A program made the position numbers and the translations under genes. A DNA stretch of 44,294 nt from the NCBI GenBank assembly GCA_002269645.1, contig NIVC01002198.1, positions 1 through 44,294 on the forward strand, in the 5' to 3' direction. The DNA comes from Macrostomum lignano. Lineage: Eukaryota. Positions within the stretch are counted from its first letter, which is position 1. The number at the start of each line of letters is the position of its first letter. This document shows, piece by piece, positions 1 through 11,185 of this stretch. The notes under the pieces are model-generated. The model was not told where the DNA came from and ran no database searches. It saw nothing but the letters and a program-made list of their open reading frames with translations.

Positions 1-775
1 ACAGCCAAGACGTCCATCAGCGAGGTGGGCACTACTTTTATCACTTCGTGCTAAACCAGATCCAATAAGACACCATTAGTAACTATTTGATACTTAACAT
101 TTTTCAGGTTCTCGAATTTATCGGCATGGCCGCTTCAGGGGAAGCATCGTTCCATCACTTTCCGGAGTCTTTGTCCGAACTGAGAAAGTTGAAATGTAAG
201 CCTTTTTGACACCTATATATTATAGTTATCTAGTTATATCTAGTTTAGCTCTTCGATCATTACTCTGCTCGAATAGACACGCTAGAAATACGAGCTATAA
301 ATGATTGCCTTAGTGATTTGTTTTGGCGTATATACGAACCGTATACCTCATGTCTTTTATAGGCAAGAAGTGCTGGGTACAGGAGGTCTCGACCTGCTGT
401 TGCCACGGCATCGGCGATGGCTGCCACTTCCATCACGGACACCATCACCATCACCCTCACCATCATCACGACCACGGCCACGGCTGCGGCTGCGGCCACG
501 GACACGGCCATGGCTACGGCTACGGATACGGCTACGGCCACGGACACGGACACGGCCACGGCTGCGGCTGCGGCCACGGCCACGGCTACGGCTACGGCCA
601 CGGCTATGGCTACGGCCACGGACACGGCCACGGCCACGGCTGCGGCTGCGGCCACCACCACGGCCACGGCCACGGCCACGGCCACGGCCACGGCTACGAA
701 CACGGCCACGGCTACGAACACGAACACGGCTACGAACACGATCACCATGGCCCGCCTTACCCTTACAAAGGCTAA
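1..775 (+). CDS. 5'-partial spliced gene of unknown family with a Cys-rich linker and a C-terminal (Gly-His/Gly-Tyr/Gly-Cys)n tail
   Basis: Exons <1-24, 108-195, 363-775 with GT..AG introns (25-107, 196-362) and consistent phases (0, 1). Product: TAKTSISE/VLEFIGMAASGEASFHHFPESLSELRKLK/CKKCWVQEVSTCCCHGIGDGCHFHHGHHHHH...GHGYEHDHHGPPYPYKG*. Codons are mostly C/G-ending, as in the other genes. A second frame (Arg/Pro-rich, ORF 301-789) also stays open across these exons but has more A-ending codons. Confidence 0.6.
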
Positions 776-1128
776 AACAGTTTTGCTAAAGAAATCATTG
801 TATGACTTACGCTGCTCGCGACTGAAGCCTATCGAACATCAACGTACTCGTAATTAATTAATGTAAATTTTACAATTAATGAGTCCATACCAAAAATTGT
901 CACGACGAAATGACAGCGCTTGACACAAGCCAAGTATTTTTATTTTCTAACTATTAGTGCATCGACCATACTTTCTTTGCTTTGGCAAAAAAATATCAAC
1001 ATGTTTTCACATTGCCTGGGCCAAGACCTGTTGAAACTTTGTGTGTAAATAAACAGCTGCGCCTCGACTGTTTATCGTACTTATTGAAACACCAATAAGA
1101 AACCGAATTAGCTTGCTACTTTCTATTT

Positions 1129-1131
<3 letters not shown>

Positions 1132-1202
<71 letters not shown>

Positions 1203-1208
1203 GTCTGT
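1132..1208. repeat. (TGTC)n tetranucleotide microsatellite
   Basis: About 19 perfect TGTC units read directly. Confidence 0.97.
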
Positions 1209-1701
1209 AAGTATGTATCCCAGATCAGCATTGGGTAAAGAATAAGTGTTCCAAGCTACACACTGACAGAATAGTGGCTCAATTGTATGACAAGTCGAAT
1301 TGTTTGTCACTTATTATTTACAAGTGACATCCTATATTTGATGAGGATCCAAAATGCACCAACATCAAAACCAAAGACAGTAAAAAATCTGCTAGACCAA
1401 GTATTCTTCTATGAAAAAATTGGCGTTGCGTTTGAAAAAGAATTTGATTCATTGCGCTTTTCCATGTTTCAATATATTATGAAGAATAAGTTAGTTCGTT
1501 CAAATAAAATCATAAATTATAAAATTCTGTACCTTCAACTGCATGCTTTAGCAAAATAAGTTTCAATAAAACAATGTGATTGTTTTGAAGTTTCTGAGCA
1601 CATTCAGCATTTCTGGTTATTGAAGTTAATGCCCTGTGCGATTTTCGATATTATTTTTTGAAAATTTTGAGAATGTTGCGTGCCATATTTTAGAATATAT
1701 G

Positions 1702-2110
1702 AAGCCAATCAAAGCCACTGCCACAGAACTACACTCGGCCATAGACAATAAAGCCAATCAAAGTCACAGCCACAGAACTGCACTCGGCCATAGACAATAA
1801 AGCCAATCAAAGTCACAGCCACAGAACTACACTCGGCCATAGACAATAAAGCCAATCAAAGCCACAGCCACAGAACTGCACTCGGCCATAGACAATAAAG
1901 CCAATCAAAGCCACAGCCACAGAACTGCACTCGGCCATAGACAATCAAGCCAATCAAAGCCACAGCCACAGAACTGCACTCGGCCATAGACAATAAAGCC
2001 AATCAAAGCCACACTACCACAGAACTGCACTCGGCCATAGACAATCAAGCCAATCAAAGCCACACTGCCACAGAACTGCACTCGGCCATAGACAATATAG
2101 CCAACCAAGC
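1702..2110. repeat. 49-bp minisatellite, about 8 copies
   Basis: Unit AAGCCAATCAAAGYCACAGCCACAGAACTRCACTCGGCCATAGACAATA recurring at 1702, 1751, 1800 and onward. Confidence 0.95.
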
Positions 2111-2396
2111 AGACAGCTGGCAATTCCAAGCCTGCACTCTCCTACCAGCTCTCCCAGCCAGCTTTTCAAGGCTCTGCGCTTTGGTTAAAAGACAATCACG
2201 TAGAGAATTTCAACTTGACTGACTTTTTGGATCAGTGCGGTTTGCATGTTTATGTTCACTGTACATCCTACTTGTTTACTTGTTTAGCTTCTGAATCTGA
2301 CAGTAGTATATGGAGAGCATTTATCGATATGATTGAATAACTAGTTTTAAGGATTTATAGGCAGATAAATCAGTAGGCAGTATAGGCAGTATTCTT

Positions 2397-2432
2397 ACTA
2401 GCAATCTAGTGCGGCCCCCCTTCGGGGCGCCC
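2397..2432 (-). mobile_element. Possible Helitron-type 3' end (GC hairpin followed by CTAG|T)
   Basis: Minus strand reads GGGCGCCCC-GAA-GGGGGGCC-GCACTAGATTGCTAG|T: a GC stem (one G.G mismatch) with a GAA loop shortly before CTAG-T. No 5' TC end or second copy identified. Confidence 0.25.
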
Positions 2433-2647
2433 AATAAGCAAGGAGCAAAAATAGTTCATGGAAAACAATTAAAGAAGAACATTTTCTTAAAAGCACATTC
2501 CACTTTTAAAAATCACCTTATTCATGTAAAATTGTCACGGACAATGATATTTGCTATGAATCTCTTTTTTTCTAAAATTAACAAACAGGCAACAAAATAT
2601 AGCTTTCACAAAGATAACAGACATTCCCCCTAAATAGAAAATATTCC

Positions 2648-3219
2648 CAAGACAGCAAGCATCCCCCCCAGATAGCAAGCACCCCCCTCCAAAAGTAAGC
2701 AACCGCAAATAGCAAGCATCCCCTAACACTCGTAGCAAGCATCCACCCAGATAGCAAGCATCACCCCAGATAGCAAGCATCCTGCAGATAGAAGCATCCA
2801 CCCAGATAGGCTGAGATAGCAAGCATCCTGCAGATAGCAAGCATCCACCCAGATAGGCTGAGATAGCAAGCATCCTGCAGATAGAAGCATCCACCCAGAT
2901 AGGCTGAGATAGCAAGCATCCTGCAGATAGCAAGCATCACCCCAGATAGCAAGCATCCTGCAGATAGAAGCATCCACCCAGATAGGCTGAGATAGCAAGC
3001 ATCCTGCAGATAGCAAGCATCCACCCAGATAGGCTGAGATAGCAAGCATCCTGCAGATAGCAAGCATCCACCCAGATAGCAAGCATCCTGCAGATAGCAA
3101 GCATCCCCTAATACTCGTAGCAAGCATCTACCCAGATAGCAAGCATCACCCCAGATAGCAAGCATCCTGCAGATAGCAAGCATCCTGCAGATAGCAAGCA
3201 TCCCCCAGATAGAAGCATC
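2648..3219. repeat. Composite minisatellite built on CAGATAGCAAGCATCC (units of about 18-19 bp, plus CAGATAGGCTGA inserts)
   Basis: Core GATAGCAAGCATC repeated more than 20 times with several spacer variants. Confidence 0.93.
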
Positions 3220-3789
3220 AATAAAACATACAAACCTTAGAGATTTAGTATATTTAGATAATTCACAAAAAATTTATCAGTTGACAAATTTTCAATTGGA
3301 ATTTTGAAATTAAAGAAGCAGTTGAACTGAGTATATTTGTCACAACATTAGTAACTTCAAAATTACAAGAGAAATACAGTATCTGTTACAAGGGAATCAG
3401 CTTGAAACTCTGTGCCCAGCTTGTGGGTTAAAAAAATTGTAAGTTATACTTTAATTTTACTTGGGGTGCTTAAATTCACAGATTCGACCTTTTAAAAGGA
3501 CAAGCAGCAAACATCAATTAGGTCAATTAATCAAAGTATTGAATTTCATTTACACTCGTAGACCTATTCACAGATACGAAGAGTCAAGGACTACCTTGCG
3601 AAGAGTAAATACGAGTAGACATGCCACTCGCAATGATAGTTGTGAAAAAACGTCTACTCTTTTTCAGTAGTTTGTCTGCGCATTGTCACTTGAATTCAAT
3701 GTGGCAGCTAGAATTTGCTTTCCTTCCTCTCAGTTATGGGGTTAAGAATGAACAACAAGCATTTATTTAGACGTACACAAGTGAACGTA

Positions 3790-3953
3790 AGACGGATGAA
3801 ACTCAGCCTAGGGGGGGCAGGCCCAATCTAGCTCAGCCAATCAGAGAGAAGTAAGGAGAGAGGGTTAAAGTCAGACGGACGAAATTCAGCCTAGGACAGG
3901 CCCAATCTAGCTCAGCCAATGGGAGAGCAGTAAGGAGAGAGGCAAATTCAGAC
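3790..3953. repeat. Two diverged tandem copies of an ~83-bp unit
   Basis: AGACGGA.GAAA.TCAGCCTAGG...CAGGCCCAATCTAGCTCAGCCAAT...GTAAGGAGAGAGG at 3790 and 3873. Confidence 0.85.
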
Positions 3954-4427
3954 ACAAGCGGGCAAGAGGAAAGCCAAACTGTTTATTGGTTTGGCAGGGG
4001 GGCTAAGGGCGCCACCCCTTTTCTCGCAATGCTATACACACGCACGTACTGGGTTTGAATTCTTAAGTTTTTTGGCAATCTTCAAAGTTAGCTAAATTTA
4101 ATTTTTTATTTAATTTTGAGCCTGAAACAGTCTGTACATGTAATCGATAAAACATGATGAAGATGTTAATGTAATGGGGCTGCTTGCAGAAAGCCACTAG
4201 GCGATTGTTCCAGGTTCAAAAACATTTTTGGTGCCTTTCCAAATTTATTGGGTTTTTTAATAGTACGAGCTGTGAAGCCAAAAAACGCTAATTTTGCTAC
4301 TGAAAAGAGTAGATACAGGATTTTTTGCAAGCAGCAGATTTAGCTATTAGTGTATCTGTAGCCTTGTTACGGTATTATAAAATTACTATCAAATTTTTCT
4401 TACACTTTCTCAATCCACCCCACCAGC

Positions 4428-6345
<1,918 letters not shown>

Positions 6346-6534
6346 TAGGGCTCTCAGTCTGACAATGGAAATAAATACTTGAGCTTATGAGCTTCTATAA
6401 AGTTTGATAAAAGTTCAAGTGGCCTCTTAAACTCAATAGGCCTTTTATAATCGGTATAAGATAAATAGAAGGGCTTAACACCAAGACGGTCTGTAACCTT
6501 TTGTGAGCTTTGAAATTTTATACTTCAAAGACAG

Positions 6535-6691
6535 TCTCACTGAGATGAACTTTAATCTTCCCAGATCTTCAATGAGACCTCACTAAGATGCACTTTTATC
6601 TTCCAAGACCTTCAATGAGATCTCACTGAAATTCACTTTTATCTTCAAGGACCTTCAATGAGATCTCACTCAAATGCACTTTATCATCTCA
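6535..6691. repeat. 43-bp minisatellite, about 3.6 copies
   Basis: TCTCACT.A.ATGCACTTTTATCTTCC.AGACCTTCAATGAGA at 6535, 6578, 6621, 6664. Confidence 0.88.
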
Positions 6692-7341
6692 GTTTTTCTC
6701 ACAAAAATTATAATTTAAAACTCCCGGGAAAGCACTTTTGAAAACGTATTAGAACTTCAGAGCTCCAAAAGAGTGAGAACATTTTTGTAAAACAAGGTTG
6801 AAACATCTACAAGTTTACAAGGAAAAACACAGATTTAGCGGGGAAAATTCCACGCTGATGGAAACGAGAGCCGGAGAGGAAGAGGGGGGTGGGGAGACTA
6901 AGTGAGAAGTCGCAGCCGCCCCACTTCAGTCCCTGATGGAGAGAGCTGCCTCTTAAAGAGTTTGAAATATCGGTCACTTCACCTGGACGAGAGTGGCTCC
7001 CCAATAATGCGGTCCCCAGCTACCCCTGCCTCACTTCAAACGGGTCGTACTTCTGAATCCATTTTGTCTCCCTAAGCTCGCAGGCCCAGGAAATCTCTCT
7101 TGCTGTCTGTCTCTCTCTGACAGGAAGGCTTCTCTATAAAACTCGATTTACATTATTTTAATGTTCAGCGATTACTTATACGCCAGATTAGAGCATTACC
7201 GTAGTACTGTGTGCGTGTAAACGATCGTTTAAACTTTTCTGGTAAATTATTCTATTCTACAATTAAATAATAAGCAAATCGAATATGAACGCCGCCTGAT
7301 TTACAGCTCAGATTCAGCTTGAGACTCCGTGTTCTTATCAG

Positions 7342-7780
7342 CCCCACTGCCCCTCAACTCCCACTGCCCTCAACCCCCACTGCCCCTCAAGCCCCCCCCA
7401 ACCCCGACTGCCCCTTAACCCCCACTGCCCTCAACCCCCACTGCCCCTCAACTCCCACTGCCCTCAACCCCCACAGCCCCTCAACCCCCACAGCCATCAA
7501 CCCCCACTGCCCCTCAACCCCCACAGCCATCAACCCCCACTGCCCCTCAACCCAGCCCTCAACCCCCACTGCCCCTCAACCCCTACTGCCCCTCAACCCA
7601 GCCCTCAACCCCCACTGCCCCTCAACCCCTACTGCCCCTCAACCCAGCCCTCAACCCCCACTGCCCTCAACCCCCACTGCCCCTCAACCCCCACTGCCCC
7701 TCAAGCCACACTGCCCCTCAACCCCCACTGCCCTCAACCCCCACTGCCCCCAACCCCCCACTTCCCCTCAACCCCACTAC
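7342..7780. repeat. C-rich 15-16-bp minisatellite (CCCCACTGCCC(C)TCAA)n
   Basis: About 28 units; G-rich on the minus strand. Confidence 0.93.
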
Positions 7781-8269
7781 CGCAGCACACTTGCAGCCTC
7801 GCTAAAACCCTGAGAATCTTTACTGAAGCCGTCCCTTTAGCCCAAGGGGTCTGTCTGCACACTGTATTTTAAACTTAAACGCAGCCCACCAAGCCCAACA
7901 GTACGCAATTTTCTCTAATGTACACCAAAAAATTGGCCCAAAAACTGCGACAGCAAAGCGGAAGTATCTAATTATTTCTCTGAGTTGCACTAGTTTCGGC
8001 TCAAAAAGTAATGAGCTTGAAAAAAATGCAAAAAAGCTTTACAAAAACCGCAAAATTTATAATGCAAAATCTACTGTATGGACATAGCTGGATTCAAATA
8101 AATATGTTTTTCTCTGGATTCAAAACACGTGACACAATCTGCCTATTTGATTCCGATGTGAGCTGAGGCAGGATAATTACAGAATACAGCGTGTTGAAGA
8201 AGAGAAGCACTCTTCTTCTATATCGTTCTTAGATATAGAATGCTGTTGATGGAAGGATTCTGCACAACT

Positions 8270-8592
8270 TTGGCACCACTTATTATCCAACTTTGGCGCC
8301 ACTTATCACCCGACTCTGGCGCGAAATATGACTCACTTTGGCGCCACTTAGGACACCAACTTTGGCGCCACTTATCACCCAACTTTGGCTCCACTTAGGA
8401 CACCAACTTTGGCGCCACTTACCACCCGACTCTGGCGCGAAAAATGACTCACTTTGGCGCCACTTATCACCCAACTTTGGCGCCACTTAGGACACCAACT
8501 TTGGCGCCACTTATCACCCAACTTTGGCGCTACTTATCACCCAAATTTGGCGCCACTTATCACTCAACTTTGGCGCCACTTATCACCCGACT
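8270..8592. repeat. 23-24-bp minisatellite with a TGGCGCCA palindromic core, about 14 copies
   Basis: CTTTGGCGCCACTTATCACCCAA / CTTTGGCGCCACTTAGGACACCAA, with two CTCTGGCGCGAAA.ATGACTCA variants. Confidence 0.93.
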
Positions 8593-8891
8593 AAGCAAAA
8601 AAGATTTTTACGCTTTTTAGCTTTACGCATTTATATTATTTGTCACAATTAATCAGAATATAAGGCGCTAGACAAGAGGAACTAAAAAAACTCACTTGGG
8701 TATTCGAAGGTCGCTGCGGAGTCGCTACGATCTGTCAATTCCCAGCAGCAATTCAGAGCAACCAAGTTTCCCATATACGTGAGAGCGCATTGGCAACCCA
8801 ACTGCCAATCGCCATAAATAACCAATCGGCATCAGCTGCCCAGTTACTGAGAATTGCGCTGCTGTTTGATACTGTATACAGCTGCCCCGAA

Positions 8892-9476
8892 TAACAGGTT
8901 AATACTGCTCTATAACCGGTAGTGTCCCTATCTAACAGGTGAATACTGCTCTATAACCGGTAGTGTCCCTATCTAACAGGTGAATACTGCTCTATAACCG
9001 GTAGTGTCCCTATCTAACAGGTGAATACTGCTCTATAACCGGTAGTGTCCCTATCTAACAGGTGAATACTGCTCTATAACCGGTAGTGTCCCTATCTAAC
9101 AGGTGAATACTGATCTATAACCGGTAGTGTCCCTATCTAACAGGTAAATACTGCTCTATAACCGGTAGTGTCCCTATCTAACAGGTGAATACTGCTCTAT
9201 AACAGGTAGTGTTCCTATCTAACAGGTGAATACTGCTCTATAACAGGTAGTGTTCCTATCTAACAGGTAAATACTGCTCTATAACAGGTAGTGTTCCTAT
9301 CTAACAGGTAAATACTGATCTATAACCGGTAGTGTTCCTATCTAACAGGTGAATACTGCTCTATAACAGGTAGTGTTCCTATCTAACAGGTAAATACTGC
9401 TCTATAACCGGTAGTGTTCCTATCTAACAGGTAAATACTGATCTATAACCGGTATTGTCTCTATCTAGCAGGTAAA
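8892..9476. repeat. 41-bp minisatellite, about 14 copies, decaying to about 9550
   Basis: AACAGGTGAATACTGCTCTATAACCGGTAGTGTCCCTATCT, period 41 (8941 to 8982). Confidence 0.96.
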
Positions 9477-10005
9477 ACATCAATGTATAACAACAGGTGA
9501 CAGCCTCATCTAACAGGTAAAATAGTACTGTATAACAACGGGTGAATGGCCCATCTAACTCCCACAGATGTATTTCCTCCAAGTTCATCAAGTTAATTGC
9601 ACTCGTCAATGTTAAAGTTAACTGCCCAAGAAATTCTTGATTCCTACTTGATTCCTACTTGATTCCATGAAGTATTTGCATAGATGAAGCTTTAACTCAG
9701 CTCAAAGCCTAAAGCCTAAAACTACTGAGCACAAATTAATGATACATATCAGGCGGTCGGCAGACCACCCAGATAACTACAGGAGCGGCGAATACGTATC
9801 CTAGGAGGCTGAATACATTCTCGTGCACGCACGGAGCTGCACAGAGATGAGGAAGACACTCGATACTTATCTCACTTCAGTCTCCGACTTGTCTCTAGGG
9901 GGGGGGGGGCTGGAGGAAAAGGATCTAGGATAGGGAGGAAAGGTTGAGGCTCCTTTGGCTTCAAAGGCAATTCGAAACTAAAATAGCGAAATAGCTGGAG
10001 AGATG

Positions 10006-10008
<3 letters not shown>

Positions 10009-10093
<85 letters not shown>
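10009..10093. repeat. (GA)n dinucleotide microsatellite
   Basis: About 42 AG units. Confidence 0.97.
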
Positions 10094-10096
<3 letters not shown>

Positions 10097-10226
10097 CAAG
10101 TCGTAGAAAAGGAAAAGTTGCAGTCAGAGTGTATAGAAGGAGGGGTGTCTCACTTTTAACCCAGATGGATCTTCCCCAGAGTAAAAAAGTGTTGTACGTC
10201 AGTTCTCGAGCTGCGGCCGTTTCATG

Positions 10227-10342
10227 AGCTCCGAAACTTTATAAGCTCCGAAACTTCATAAGCTCCGAAACTTCATAAGCTCCGAAACTTCATAAGCTCC
10301 GAAACTTCATAAGCTCCGAAACTTCATAAGCTCCGAAACTTC
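10227..10342. repeat. 17-bp minisatellite (AGCTCCGAAACTTCATA)n, about 7 copies
   Basis: Period 17 (10261 to 10278). Confidence 0.95.
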
Positions 10343-10686
10343 TCCCTCCCTCTCTCTCTCTCTCCCTCCCTCCCTCTCTCTCTGTCTCCCTCTCCCTCGG
10401 TCCCTCCCTCTCTCTCTCTCTGTCTCCCTCCCCCCCCTCCCTCTCTCTGTCTCCCTCTCCCTCCCTCCCTCCCTCTCTCTCTCTCCCCCTCTTTCTCTCC
10501 CTCTGTCTGTCTCCCTCTCTCTTCTCTCTGTCTCTCTCTCCCTCCCTCCCTCCCTCTCTCTTTCTCTCTCTGTCTCTCTCTCCCTCTACCCCTGTCTCCT
10601 CCTCTCTCTCTCCCTCTCCCTCTGTTTGTGTCTCCCTGTCTCTCTCCATCTCTCTTTCTCTCTTTCCCTCTCTCTCGCCTCTCTCT
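10343..10686. repeat. CT-rich polypyrimidine low-complexity tract
   Basis: Mixed (CT)n, (CCCT)n and (CTGT)n. Confidence 0.92.
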
Positions 10687-11185
10687 TCGAACATGCTGCA
10701 CGCGATGCAAGAGCTCGAATGAGACTCTATGAGGAGGCGCAGGTTTTATTTTACCAAACCCGGCTACAAGTATGACTCCCCGAGCATGACACTAGCTGGG
10801 AGTCTGGAGCCCAACATATGCTGCAAAGTAGCTCTACCCTCTCACTCTCATCTCATCGACACTTCTTTCATTGCACGAGGCTTTGCTTCCGTTTTGGCAA
10901 CGATCACGCAAGGTGGTGAAGTACACAAAGCGTAGGAAGTGTATGCGATCTGCGCAGTGTATGACAGACAAGTGTGCTGTGCATAGAGATTAGCTGTATA
11001 CACTTGTATCGATATAGACTTGCTATATCTAGAATTTTTTTGGGACTGCGTAACTAACTTAATCCCATCTATAGTACTTGCCGCCATTTAGCCGTCAGCA
11101 ATAATCCACTTTTGCTGTTACAGGGACGCGTCCCCGCTAACACAAATGCCACCTCCTTTTGTGTTAGCTCGTCTCTAATTTCGTT

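Noticed and set aside
150-420. Resemblance to selenoprotein P (SFxxFP-x10-C..KKC followed by a His-rich tract)
   Set aside because: The upstream DRCGRL-type motif is absent, and no in-frame TGA or SECIS was seen; similarity is too short to call.
417-857. Mucin/antifreeze-like Ala-Thr repeat ORF and the antisense Val-Ala ORF (260-748)
   Set aside because: Alternative frames of the same hexamer array. The Ala-Thr frame hits a stop in upstream exon 2 when spliced.
8697-8870. Possible minus-strand exon ending at a CAA|GTGAGT donor (about 8697)
   Set aside because: All three frames contain stops; at most a non-coding exon, with no supporting evidence.
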